48,013 bases of DNA. It comes from Parvularia atlantis. Its lineage: Eukaryota. Positions 9,662 to 21,221 of the stretch are shown here, piece after piece. The stretch spans positions 1 through 48,013 of the forward strand of contig CALSCO010001705.1 in assembly GCA_943704415.1 (NCBI GenBank). Direction: 5' to 3'. Position 1 is the first letter of the stretch. The number at the start of each line of letters is the position of its first letter. Position numbers and translations under genes: made by a program. Under the pieces are notes generated by a model. The model was given only the letters and a program-made list of their open reading frames with translations. It did not search any database and was not told the origin of the DNA.

Positions 9662-12600
9662 TCACAAAGACAGCTCGCTGTCGGCCCCGTGGTGCAGCTC
9701 GAGCAGGTATAGCGGCACGTAGGCCACCCCGGGCAGGCCCACGTACATGTCCATGACGCCGCCGCCTGCGTGTGCGCGCACACGTGTCAGCGCGGCTGCG
9801 TGCCTCGTGCGCATGCAAACCGCGCACCGTCGAGCGCAATGTGCGGGAAGACGACGCCGTCGTAGCCGCCGCGCTTGAGGTTGTCGAGATAGCGCGGCTG
9901 GCGACGCGTGAACTCCTTGAATGAGCGCTTGAACCTGCGCGCATCCGGATGAGGGTGTGCGCGCAAGGGGCTTGCAGGGCGCGCACCGGTAGCACTTTTG
10001 GAACCGTACGGCGCAGAGCATGACGACGGTGTGGCCGCGGCGCGACAGGGCGTCGCCCGCGTCGGCCGACGACGAGAAGACGAGCCGCTGCAGGTCGCGC
10101 TCGCCCAGCTCGTCGTCACGCTGCTGCGCCAGGCGGCTGAGCACGCTCCGCCGCCCCGTGAGGAACAGCAGCGATGCGCTCGCAAACTCGTCGCTGCTGA
10201 GCGCGCCCCGCCGCCGCTGCGTGAACAGCTTGAGCGCGCGGTCGAGCGTCGTCGTCGCGCGCTTGTCGATTGGCGCACGCGAGTCACCCAGGCGCACGTA
10301 GTCCTGCAGCGCCTCAAACTCGCGCGACGCCGGCTCCAGCAGAGCAACCTGGCCACGCAGGACGTGTCAAGAGTCGCCGCGCCACGCACGCACAGACGCA
10401 GACGCACGTCGGGCGTCGCCAGCCACGTCTGCGTGATTGACGCGGGCGACGGTGGCAGAGGTGCCAAGGGCACACGGGCGCCAGCGCCTGCGCCTGCGCC
10501 GTCTTGCGCCGAGTCCCGCGCGGGCACGCTGCGCACACGGGCGCCGCGCTCGTGGCCGTCCTGCGGCGAGTCGCGCGCGCCCTCGCCCTCCGGCAGCAGG
10601 TACCACCACAGGGGCTGGCTGTGGTCCAGCTGCGCCTCGGCCGCGCCCACCGTCGGGACCATGCGCAGCGTCTCGCCGGGCGCCGTCCGTGTCGCGCTGC
10701 CGTACTGGCGCGTCCAGGCCGACCGCTCGAGCGTGTCGTCGGCCGCGGCGCCCTCCTCGCCGTGCCGCGGCGCTGCCATGACGGCCGGCGCGCTGTGCGG
10801 CTGAATGGCTGCGGCGAGCCGGCGCCCCGCTGCGACCTCGTCCGGCGTGACCACGAGCCCGTCCAGCTGCAGACCGACCGGCACAAACCGCGCCCCGGCG
10901 AGGACGCTGGCGCGGTACGCAAGGCGCTGCACGATTAGCGCGTCAAGCGCCGCCGCCCCGCCTGCCGTCGCCACGGACGGAAGCGCGTAGTCGCGCCACG
11001 TTGCCGCCCGCGTGCTCGCGTTGTGCTCGGGCTCGGTGGTGCTGTACATGCGCGCGTTGCACGGGTTGCCCCTGTGCGGGCTGGTGTCAGCAACGCACTG
11101 CGAAAAAGTGCAGCAGCACGCCACCGCAGGTCGAGCTGCACGAGGCGCGGCAGCTGCGTCACAAACGGCAAGATCTGGTCGAGCTTGGCGATGCGGTTGC
11201 CGGCGAGCGACATGGCACGCACGCGCGGCAGGAATGCGCTCAGCGCGCCGTCGACGCCGTCCAGGCCGCACGACGACACGTTGAGCACCTCCAGCAGCGG
11301 CAGCGCCGGCAGCGCCGCGAGGCCGTGCAGCAGCGGCGTGCCTGCGAGGGTGAGGCTGCGCAGCGCCGGGAGGCCGGCGAGCCAGTGCAGCGTCGGGGCT
11401 GGCGCGAGGTCGCAGGCGGTGAGCGTGGTCAGGCCCACGCACAGCTCGGGCTGGCGGACGCCGTCGAGCGCGACACAGCCGCTCACGGCTAGGTCGTGCA
11501 CGAGCGGGATCATGCTGCCGTCGACCGCGCGCAGCTGCCGGCAGTTGACCAGGCTGAGCTCGCGCAGCTCGCAAAACACGCCGCGGCTGTCGAGGCCCTT
11601 GGGCGAGAGGCTGTCGGCTGTGGGATCGTTGTGCGGCGTGCGCGCAAACGAGACGATCGGGTTGCCGTCGAGCATGAGCCGGCGCAGCGCGGGCACGTGC
11701 GAGGGGAGAGCTGCCACCGTGCGCACGAGGTTGCACGACGCGTCGAGCACCTCGAGCGCGGGCAGGCACCGTGCAAAGTCCAGCTCGGTCAGGGCGTTGT
11801 ACGAGACCGACAGCTCGCGCAGGTTGACGAGCAGGCCAAAGTGCCACAGGTCGCGCAGGCCGTTGTGGTCCACGTGCAGCACGCGCAGCAGCGGCAGGTT
11901 GACGATTGGCGCGATCGCGTGCGCCGACGACAGCACGGGCGCGCTTGACTGGAGCAGCGCGTCCGTCGCGTCCGTCGCCGCCTCGCCGCCCTTCACGTCC
12001 ACCAGCGACAGCGCCACCAGTCCGCGCGGCAGACCCGCCAGGCTCGCGAGCGGGTTCATGTCGAGGCTGAGCCGCTGCAGCTGCGGTGTGCACGCGTCCA
12101 GGCCGGCCACGTCCGTCAAGTGCGAGCTGGCCAGGTTGAGCGCGGTGAGCGAGCCCCACGAGCGCGAGTCTGGCACGAGGCTGCGCAGGACGGTCTCGGC
12201 GAGGCCGGTTGCGCGCGCGGTGTTTGCCGTCAGCGGGTGCAGAGGTGTGACGTCGCGGCGCGCGGGCGTGCGGTCGAACCGGAGCGAGCTGCGCCGCTGC
12301 CCAAACGCTTCGGGCTCGGCAGGCCCGTCAGACGCGCGGAAGACGGACGGTCCAAATGCGCTGTCGACGGTGTCCGACCTGAGGCCGTCCTGCAGGCGCT
12401 CCATGTCGGGCTGTAGCGCCCGCTGGGTGCGGTTGAGGTCGTCCAGGTGGTCCTGCGGGATCTCGATGATCGGCTGCTGCTCCTGCTCCTGCTGTGGCGT
12501 TGGCAATGGCTCACGGGGCGTCGATGGCGGAGGGGAGAGCGATGGCGGTGCTTCCTGCTGACGGGGCGGTGCCTGCTGCGGCGGTTCGCGCGTAGGCTCC

Positions 12601-15275
12601 GGTTGCACAGGCTGCGGCTGCACAGGCTCCGGTTGCACAGGCTCCGGCTGCACAGTTTCGGCCTGCACCGACAGGTCGACCGCGGTGATGTCGGGCTGCA
12701 GCAGGTCCTGCGGCAGTATGCTGACGTCGATGGCCGGCTGCGCTCGTGGCGCCGGCTGCTGCTGCGGCTCAGCAGGGGCGACGGGGCCTTGACCCTCTTC
12801 GCCGACATCGGCAAACGGGTCCTCCTCGTCAGACGGCTGCGGCGCGATGCGCACCCATCGAAAGTTGTCGGCGTCGTAGCGGTAGTCGCCGACGGTTTGC
12901 ACGTTCTGGCCGCGCGCGGGATCAGCAACAGCAACGGCGACGGCAGACACAGCACCTGCGTCGGTTGCAGCAGCTTGACGCCGGCACTGTGGGCACGCAG
13001 ATCGGTCCGCGTCGACGCACTCGCCGGCTGCGCGGCCTGCGCCGTCTCGGCCGGCTTGGGCGGCGTGCTCACGTCCGAGACGTCGTCAATGTCGCTTGGG
13101 TAGCTGCTGCTGCTGTCGGACTTCTGCGGCGCCCGGCGGAGCGCTCAGCCGGGAGCACGGGCACCCGCGCACTGGCACACCTTGCCGGTGTCGGGCGTTG
13201 CTGTGGGCTTGGCGGCGGCGCTTGATCCCGCCGCGGGGGTGTGCTTGCGGACAAGGATCGGGTCGCGCCGCGCGGCCTGGCCAGACTGCGCCGACCCGGC
13301 GCTGCTGGGCGTCGAGCGCGTGGCCGAGGAGGACGACGAGGACGGCGTTGGGCGCGGCTGCGGAGTGCGGTGCGTGGCGGACGACGCAAGCTTCGCAGCG
13401 GCGGCGCCAGCCGTGGGCGGCGTGGCGTCGCGGCTGACACGCCCTGTCAGACGCAGCACGACTGGCCGCGTGCGAGCGCACCTTGCCGCGGCGATCACTG
13501 TCGTCTGCACGCTCGCCGGCGTCGACCCGGCCGTCGGCTGCGCGCTCTGCTCGCCAAACTGGCTGCGCAGCGCCTGCAGGTACTCGCTCGAGGGCGTGTC
13601 GTAGTTCCAGCGCTTGTGGAAGGTGCTGTCGCGCGGCGTCTGCTCGGTCCCTGACACGCTCAGCCGCGAGCGCTTGGCCGAGGGCGAGTCGTCCTCGGGC
13701 GGCGGCGCTGGCGTGTCGGTCTCTGGACAGGCAACGCGCTCAGACACCGCCGATGCGCATTCGCACCGAACGCCCGCACCCTCGCCGGCGGCCAGGATGC
13801 GCTGCAGCTCCTCCTGCTCCCACTGCTCGACAGCCGACTGCAGTGCCGCTCCTGCTGCAGACGGCGCTGGCGATGCGGCCGCTGGCGCTGCGGGCGAGGA
13901 GGAGGCAGCCGCTGAAGACGCGCCGAGACGCGCCACGGCCTCCTCGAGCGGCGTGCGCGAAAAGAGGTCGCGTAGCGTTGATGCGGTCCACGGCGACGAT
14001 GCGCTGCTGCTGCCTGTCACGTCCGAGATCTTGACTGACGCTACCCGAGCAAGTGAGCGCGAGGTCGCTGCCCGCTGCAGGTGCACACCAAACAGCTCAG
14101 TCTCGGACGCGTCCGAGTCGTGCGACGAGACACTGCCCACCGTCGCGTCCTCGATCGTCGGCAGGTCGCCCGGCAGGACCAGGTTGGACGCGTTGAGCAG
14201 CGCTTCGCGCAGCCGGTCGTCCTCGTCGTCGTCGGCCGCAGTCTCGGCGGCTTGCGGCAGGCGCAGCGGCGGCTGGCGCGCTTCGGCCGCGGTCGGCGAG
14301 GTCGGCGAGGTCGGCGAGCGCTCGCGGCGCGGCACGGGCCGGCCTTGCGTGCGTGCGGCGGTGAAGCCCGCGCGCTGCCGGCCGTCTGCGACGCTTGGCG
14401 TGGCTGCGTGCGCGTGCGCGCGTCAGCAAACGGATCCGGGGCACACGCGCGACGGCCGCTCACGCAGAAAGTCGTCCAGGCGAATGGGCTCGTTCATGAG
14501 CAGATCGTCGCCGTCGGCCGACAGGTTCAGCGGCGACGCCGAGAAGACCGAGTCGCCCTCGCCCTCGCCCGCGTCGTCCACGCCGCCGGGCGCCGCCGGT
14601 GTAGCCGCGTCGCTGGCCGAGAAGTCGAGCTGGCCGACGGCCGGTGTCTCGCCACGCCCCTGCGGGATCGACTCGCGGCGCAGCGGCTGGGCGAGCGCAA
14701 ACGGCGACGGCTCGGCCGCGGTTCTGCGAGCTTTCAGTGTCAGTCGGTGCACCCGCGGGGCGCGCCGGGCGCACGCACGGCCCGGGCGGCTGTACCGGGG
14801 CGACCGGCGTGGTGCGCACGGGCGAGAGCTGCTGCGAGAGGTCGCTGATAAAGTCGATCTGCGAGATCTCGAGCCCGCGCGCTGGCCCTGCGGCGTCGCG
14901 TGCGCGTGCGGGCGAGAGGAACGAGCGCGGCGGCGAGCGCCACATGCGCTGCTGCGTCTCGGGCGAGAGAACGCTGGCGAGGACGTCGGTGACCGGGCGC
15001 GCCGCCTGCGCGCGGGGCGGCGTCGCAGGCAGCGGCTGCGGCTGCGGCGGGAGCGGCTGGAGCAGGTCGGCGGCCGTTGCACGGCCGTTGCGCGCGGCGG
15101 GCTGGCGGCGCGGCGTGGGCGAGAGCGCGAAGACGCGCGGCGGTCCGATGGCGGCGACCGAGACACGCTGCACGATGAACGGGCTCGTGTCGGGCGCGGC
15201 GAGCACGGCCAGCGGCGAGCCGGCGGGCGGCATCGCCGTGCGGTCCGGCGGCGCGCGCTCAGGCGAGCCCATCAT
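9662..15275 (-). CDS. Cdc11/Nud1/SepK-like LRR scaffold with long disordered N-terminus and C-terminal degenerate PARP-like domain
   Basis: VGDYRYDADNFRWVR...EEDPFADV motif and LRRs starting WGSLTALNLASSHLTDVAGLDACTPQLQRLSL and ending LDLR|GNP...YRASVL...LDG resemble fungal Cdc11/Nud1. The frame continues through the 10349-10407 intron into VALLEPASREFEALQDYV...YVPLYLLEL. N-terminal exon structure is less certain. Confidence 0.65.
12597..12656 (-). repeat. Coding 15-bp tandem repeat (QPEPV-like x4)
   Basis: TVQPEPVQPEPVQPQPVQPEP in the Cdc11-like protein. Confidence 0.8.
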
Positions 15276-15329
15276 GGCCGCGTGTCATCAACATTGACAT
15301 ATCGCATGTACGTAGGCAGGCAAGAACTC

Positions 15330-16036
15330 TCATTGGTGGTGCTGCATGGTCGCGACGTCGTTCACGATCACCTGCAGGTCCTCGTCGCGGAAGCCGTTGA
15401 GGCTGCACGCGCGGGAGCTGCTCAGCGCGCGCGTGGCGGCGGGGAGGCGAGCGCGCACCTCGGGATGACCGTCTTGGCCTCCTCGGATGTGCCCGGGCAG
15501 AGGTTGCAGAGCTGCGCGATCTCGAACGACTGCAGCGGCCGCTCGTTGTCGCCCAAGACGGCCCTCTGCAACGAGCTGCCGGATGCGTGAGCCGCGACCC
15601 TGTGCATCTGCGCGCGCATTACACCTCTTGAGCTGGTCCACGGTCGCGCGCTCGAAGCGGTTGATCTTGGTCACGTACAGCAGTGTCTCCTGGAACGGCC
15701 TGCGGAGGAGCGAGCGGGCCGGAGAGGGAGCGGGCGAGCGAGAGAGCGGGGCGGCTCAGCAATCGCCACCGACCCGGCCAGCGTGCGCGCACAGCGGCAG
15801 CGACTGCTCCGCGTCCGGGTCGTCCTGCAGCTTGCGGTCCTTGGCCGCCTGGAGCAGGAACTTGACCTCGGCGTTCATGAGGCACTCGGCCGTCTGGAAC
15901 TCTGCGGGCGGCGCAGACCGTTGGCGCAGCGGGCACGACTCGCGGGGCATCGCGCGCCCACACCCTTGCCGAGCGCGAGCTCGCGCGCGTCCAGCTCCTC
16001 GGCCACCTGGCGCTGCGCTCCCCCGGGCTTGACCAT
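15330..16036 (-). CDS. RPB4: RNA polymerase II subunit RPB4
   Basis: EELDARELALGKEFQTAECLMNAEVKFLL...FQETLLYV...FEIAQLCNLCPGTSEEAKTVIPSL; 4 coding introns plus a probable 5' intron. Confidence 0.92.
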
Positions 16037-16120
16037 GAGCAGCTGTGCGGCGGCCTGTGGCGCGGCGCGTCAGAGGCAAGCCGGAGCGACCACACCTGTC
16101 TACTTCGAATCTCGAGGACC

Positions 16121-17582
16121 ATGCCTGCGCCCGAACCGTGCGTTTGCCGCGTGCGCTGTCGCTTTGGGCCACTGACGCGGCGCGGCAGGACGAGCAGCGC
16201 CAGCCCGGCCGCCACGGGCAGCTCGCGCCGCGTGCGGTGGAGCGAGGACGTCGGTGTGCGCGGCCGCGTGGGGCGGGGCTGGCCGGGCTGAACGTGCGCG
16301 CGAGCAGAGGACGAGTTCCCGTCGACGACCGTGATTGGCCCGGACGAGAGCGGGCTCAAGACCGTGATCGAGCGGTTCCTGGACGAGGACGGCAAGAAAG
16401 TGCAGGTGCAGAGGGTGATGCCGCGCGCACGCGAGGCGCGGGTTGTGACGGGGCGCCGCCGCGACAGGTGACGCGTGTCATCCGGGTCAAGAAGGTGCAG
16501 GAGACGGTCAACCACGCCGTGGCCGCGCGCAAGCACTGGAAGAAGTTTGGCGAGGCGTCGGGGCTCAAGGTGGCGGCTGTTGCAGGGCGCGGGTGCACGC
16601 AGAGGGGGGGCTGACGGGCGCGCGGCGAGCAGCCCGGCCCGGACACGTCCACGACCAAGATCGACGACGAGCTCGTGCTCAAGCTGAGCGTCAAGTCGAG
16701 CATCGTGCGCGCGCGTGCGGGCGTGTGTGCGCGTGTGCGGTGACTCACTGTTTGTGCCGCGCAGCCCGTGCAGGAGGAGGCGCCGTCGGCCAGCGCACTC
16801 AGCGCGCTCAAGAACAAGGACAAGATGGTCGTCTGCCGCATTTGCAAGGGCGACCACTGGACGCTCAAGTGCCCGTACAAGGTGCGCGCCAGCTCGGTGG
16901 CGCGCGAGCGCGACCGAGCTGCGTGCTCAGCCGCGCGGCGGCCGCGCACAGGACACGCTCGGCGCGCTCACAGACATCACGGCGGACGAGGCCGAGGCCA
17001 GCAAGCCCGAGCCTGCCGGTGCGGCGCCGTGCCTTGCGCGCGCGCACACACGCGGCGTGTTGCTGACACGCTCGGCGGGCGCGCGTAGACGAGGCGCCGA
17101 AGAAGCCCACGGGCAAGTACGTTCCGCCGTCGCTGCGCAACCCGCAGACGGGCATGCGCCAGACCGACACCGGGTCCACGCGGCGGTCGGAGGAGAACAC
17201 GATCCGTGTGAGCAACCTGTCGGAGGACACGCGCGAGGGCGACTTGCAGGACCTGTTCCGGCCGTTTGGGCTGGTGACGCGCGTGTTCCTGGTCAAGGAC
17301 AAGATCACGGGCGCGTCCAAGGGTGCGTGCGGCGCGCGCGCCGGCCGGGCCTCGAGAGCCGACGCTGAGTGCGCTTTTGCGTATGCAGGCTTTGCCTTTG
17401 TGAGCTTCTCGTCACGCGAGGAGGGCGCGCGGGCGATTAAGTCTGTCAACGGGTACGGCTACGACAACCTCATCCTCAAGGTCGAGTGGTCCAAGTGCGT
17501 CACGCTGCCGCTGCTGGGCGCATCGGCGTGGACGTCTGACCGCGTCGCGCGCAGGCCGGCCGGTGATGCGCCCGCGTCGTAG
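16121..17582 (+). CDS. EIF3G: Translation initiation factor eIF3 subunit g
   Basis: VAARKHWKKFG, zinc knuckle CRICKGDHWTLKCPYK, GKYVPPSLR, and RRM TIRVSNLSED...GFAFVSF...GYGYDNLILKVEWSK. Confidence 0.95.
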
Positions 17583-17617
17583 TGAGTGTGAGCTGCTGTG
17601 GGCGTGTCACATTCGCG

Positions 17618-20360
17618 ATGCCGCTCAGCCCTGACACGCACGCGCGCCTGGCGCGCCCTGACCCCAACAGCGCGGCCAACGCCGATGCCGTGCGCGTGCA
17701 GGTGGCGTGGCGGCCGTGCGCGGCCCTGCGCCTGACGCAGAGCGCGCTGGGCAGCACCTGCACTGGGACGCGGCCGTGAGCATGGATGAGCGCCGCATCG
17801 ACGCGACGGCCGCGCTGCGCTGCGTCGCGCTCGTCGACGGCGCCACCGAGCTTGTGCTCGACACGAGCCATCTGGCCATCGGCGGCGCGACGGACGCGGC
17901 CACGGGTGCGACGCTCGTCACACGCCTGGATGAGACGCACCCCAAGTTTGGCGCGGCGCTGCACGTCGCCTTTGCGCACCCGCTCGCGCTCGGCGAGACG
18001 ACGACCGTGCGCATCGTGTACAACACGACGGCCGAGTGCACGGCGCTGCAGTGGCTCGCGCCCGTGTGCGTCGCGGCAGATGGCGGATCGGGTGGCACGC
18101 GCGTGCGCTGACGGCCGACGCAGCCAGACCGTCGGCAAGCTGCACCCGTACATGTTCTCGCAGTGCCAGGCCATCCACGCGCGAAGCCTCGTGCCCGTGC
18201 AAGACACGCCCGGCGTCAAGTTCACGTACAGCGCGTCTGTGAGCGTGCCGCAGGCGCGTCGCGTCGCGCGCTGAACGTGCGTCATGTTGACGCGCCGTGC
18301 GCCGCAGCCCCTGACCGCGCTGATGAGCGCCGTGCGCACGGGCGCGACGGTGGCGGCGGACGGCACACGCGAGACCGTCACGTTTGAGCAGCGCACGGCC
18401 ATCCCCGTGCGTGCGCGTGGGCGCGCTCGGGCGTGCGCGCGCGCTGAACGCTCCTCGCGCAGTCGTACTTGCTCGCGATCGCTGTCGGCCACCTCAAGGG
18501 CGTGCGCGTGGGCCCGCGGTCGACCGTGTGGTCCGAGCCCGAGGTGGTCGACGCGGCCGCGTGGGAGTTTGCCGACACAGAGACGTTCATCGCGACGGGC
18601 GAGGCGCTGGTGAGGGCGCACCACGGCTCGTCGTCGCGACTGACGCGCTGCATGCGGCCAGGTCACGCCGTACTCGTGGGGCGTTTACGACCTGCTGCTC
18701 CTGCCCGGCTCGTTCCCGTACGGCGGGATGGAAAACCCGTGGTGTGCCGACGTGCGCGGGCGCATCGACCGCTCCCTGACCGCGCGGTGCAGCCTCACGT
18801 TCGTGACGCCGACCCTGCTCGCAGGCGATCGCTCGCTGGTGGACGTCGTCGCGCACGAGATCGCGCACAGGTGCGCGCTGCTTCTGTGCGGCCGGCTGCG
18901 CGTGACGAGCGACCGGCCGCAGTTGGTTCGGCAACCTCGTCACGACGTCGACGTGGGGTGCGGTCTGGTCGGTGCCGTTGTGGACCTGCAGCTGACGCCG
19001 CGTCCGCCCCCACAGAGCACTTTTGGCTGAACGAGGGTGTGCGATGCAGAGTGTGCACGCGTGCCGCGGCTGCTAAGCGCGTCGTGGCAGGGTTCACCGT
19101 CTTTCTTGAGCGCAAGATCGTCGGCAGGCTGCACGGCGACAAGATGCGCCACTTTTCGGCGCTGATCGGGTGGAACGCGCTCGACAGCAGGTGCACGCGA
19201 CGCGCCGGCGTGTCTGCGCCGGCTGACGGTGGGAGGACAGTGTACAACGCTTTGGCGAGACGAACGCGCTGACGGCGCTGGTGCCGGACCTGACCGAGAC
19301 GGACCCGGACGACAGCTTCTCGTCGGTGCCGTACGGTGCGCTGGCGGCGTTGGTGTGTGTCGGTGCGCGCGCTGAGGCTGACGGGCGCTGCAGAGAAGGG
19401 CTTCAACCTGCTGTTCCACTTGGAGCAGCGTCTGGGCGGCCCGGACGTGTTTGAGCCGTACGTGACGGCGCACGTCACCAAGTTCATGCACCACAGCATC
19501 ACCACGGCCGACTGGTACGCGTTCCTGCGCGAGTACGTGCAGAAGAACCATCCGGACAAGGTCGCCGTGCTGGACACCGTCGACTGGGAAGCGTGGCTGT
19601 TTGCGCCGGGCATGGTGCGCCGCGCACGGGTCGACCGCGCGCGCTCACTCGTTGCGCAGCCGCCTGTCCCACGCCCGTTCGACACGAGCCTCGCCGACTC
19701 CTGCGTGCGCCTGGCCGAGCGCTGGCAGGCGAGCCGCGCGGCGCACGACTTTGCCTGGGCCGCGGGCACGCTCGCCGGCTTCACGTCGGGCCAGAAGGGT
19801 GCGTTGGGCACGCCCGCCGCACACGCCAGACTGATCGCATGCACGCGCGCGCGCCGCAGTGTACTTTCTCGAGTGCATGCTCGCGCTCGACCCGATGCCG
19901 CACGAGCTGCTCGCGGCGATGGACGCGCACTACCAGCTGACGGCCGTGCGCAACGCCGAAGTACGCCACCGCTGGCAGATGCTGTGCCTGCGCGCGAGCT
20001 ACGAGCCGATCTACCCGCACGTCGTGCAGTTTGTGACCGAGCAGGGTGCGTGCCGCCCGCCCCTCGCGCGCCGACCGTGCTGAGAGCGCGCGAACGCAGG
20101 CCGTATGAAGTTTGTGCGCCCGCTCTACCAGTGCGTGCGCGCCCGGCCGCAGCGACGGCGGTCTGACGCGCGCCCGCCTCGCGCAGGGCCCTGCACGACG
20201 CCCGCAACGGCGCCGACCTCGCCCGCGCGACCTTCCTTGTGCATCGCGCGTCGTATCACCCGATCGCCGCTGGCCTCATCGTGCGCGGCCGGCGCGTCTG
20301 CCGGACCCGCGGCGGCTTGACGCACCCCCGCCCGCGCAGGAAAAAGCGATCCTGCGCTGA
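17618..20360 (+). CDS. LTA4H: Leukotriene A4 hydrolase / M1 aminopeptidase
   Basis: [65 protein letters not shown]; about 16 introns. Confidence 0.95.
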
Positions 20361-20467
20361 TGGCTGTGTTTCGTCGCTTGTCGCCGCGATGTACATCCAG
20401 CCGCACTGGGAAGGGGGGGAAACTGCGCGCGCGCCCGCATGCACGCGCGCTGCCTGTGCGACCCGGC

Positions 20468-21152
20468 TTAGTACGACGCGGCTTGGCCCTGCGAGCGAGC
20501 GCGCGCGCAGCGTCAGCATGCGGGAGGGCCGGGCCGTGCGGGCGGGCGCGTGCGGGCGCGCCTTCTTCTTTTTGTCGCCGCCAAGCTCAAAGTGCTTGCA
20601 CCGCTTGAGCGCGAGCTGCATCTTGTACTTGCACTCGTTGCACTCGAGGCGCAGCACGACCTTCTTCGTCGTCTTGGCCTGTGTGTGTGCGCACACGCTC
20701 AGCCCACGACGCACGGCGCACTGGCACGGCGCGCGCGCACCTTCTTCTTGAACACGGGCTTGGTCTGGCCGCCAAAGCCCTTCTGCTTCTGGTCGTAGCG
20801 GCGCTTGCCTGCGCGCGCGCACACCGTGTGTGAGGAGCGCACGCCGCGGGCCGCTCGGGCACACACCCTGTGCGAAGAGCGAGGCCTTGCCCGTCTTGTA
20901 CTGGGTGACCTTGTGCATCGTGTGCTTGCCGCACTTCTTGCTCTTGCAGAACGTGCGGCGCGTCTTCGGCACGTTGACCTTTCGCGAGCGCAACGCACAA
21001 GCGCGTTCAGCACCGCTTATTTCGCGGCCATCCATCCATCCATCTGTCCATCCATCCATCCGCCCGTGCGGCGGAGGGTGCATGTGCGCGGGCAGGCGAG
21101 CGGGGCGGCGGCAGGGGCGGCGCGAGTCGTGCGGTTCCCTGACGCGCACCAT
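20468..21152 (-). CDS. RPL36A: 60S ribosomal protein eL42 (L36a/L44)
   Basis: [74 protein letters not shown]...[21 protein letters not shown]; first exon is ATG only. Confidence 0.97.
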
Positions 21153-21221
21153 GGTTGCAGGCACTCAATCGAAAGGGACGTGATACCAGTTGCCCATTGA
21201 CACTTACGCCCGCCTGTAGAC

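Noticed and set aside
11023..15590. Long plus-strand ORFs (512 aa, 658 aa) and many other Arg/Ala-rich ORFs across the track
   Set aside because: They are antisense or off-frame shadows of real genes, caused by high GC and codon bias, with no recognisable motifs.
20750..20770. eL42 residue linked to cycloheximide resistance
   Set aside because: The sequence is GQTKPVF, retaining the ordinary sensitive-type Pro.
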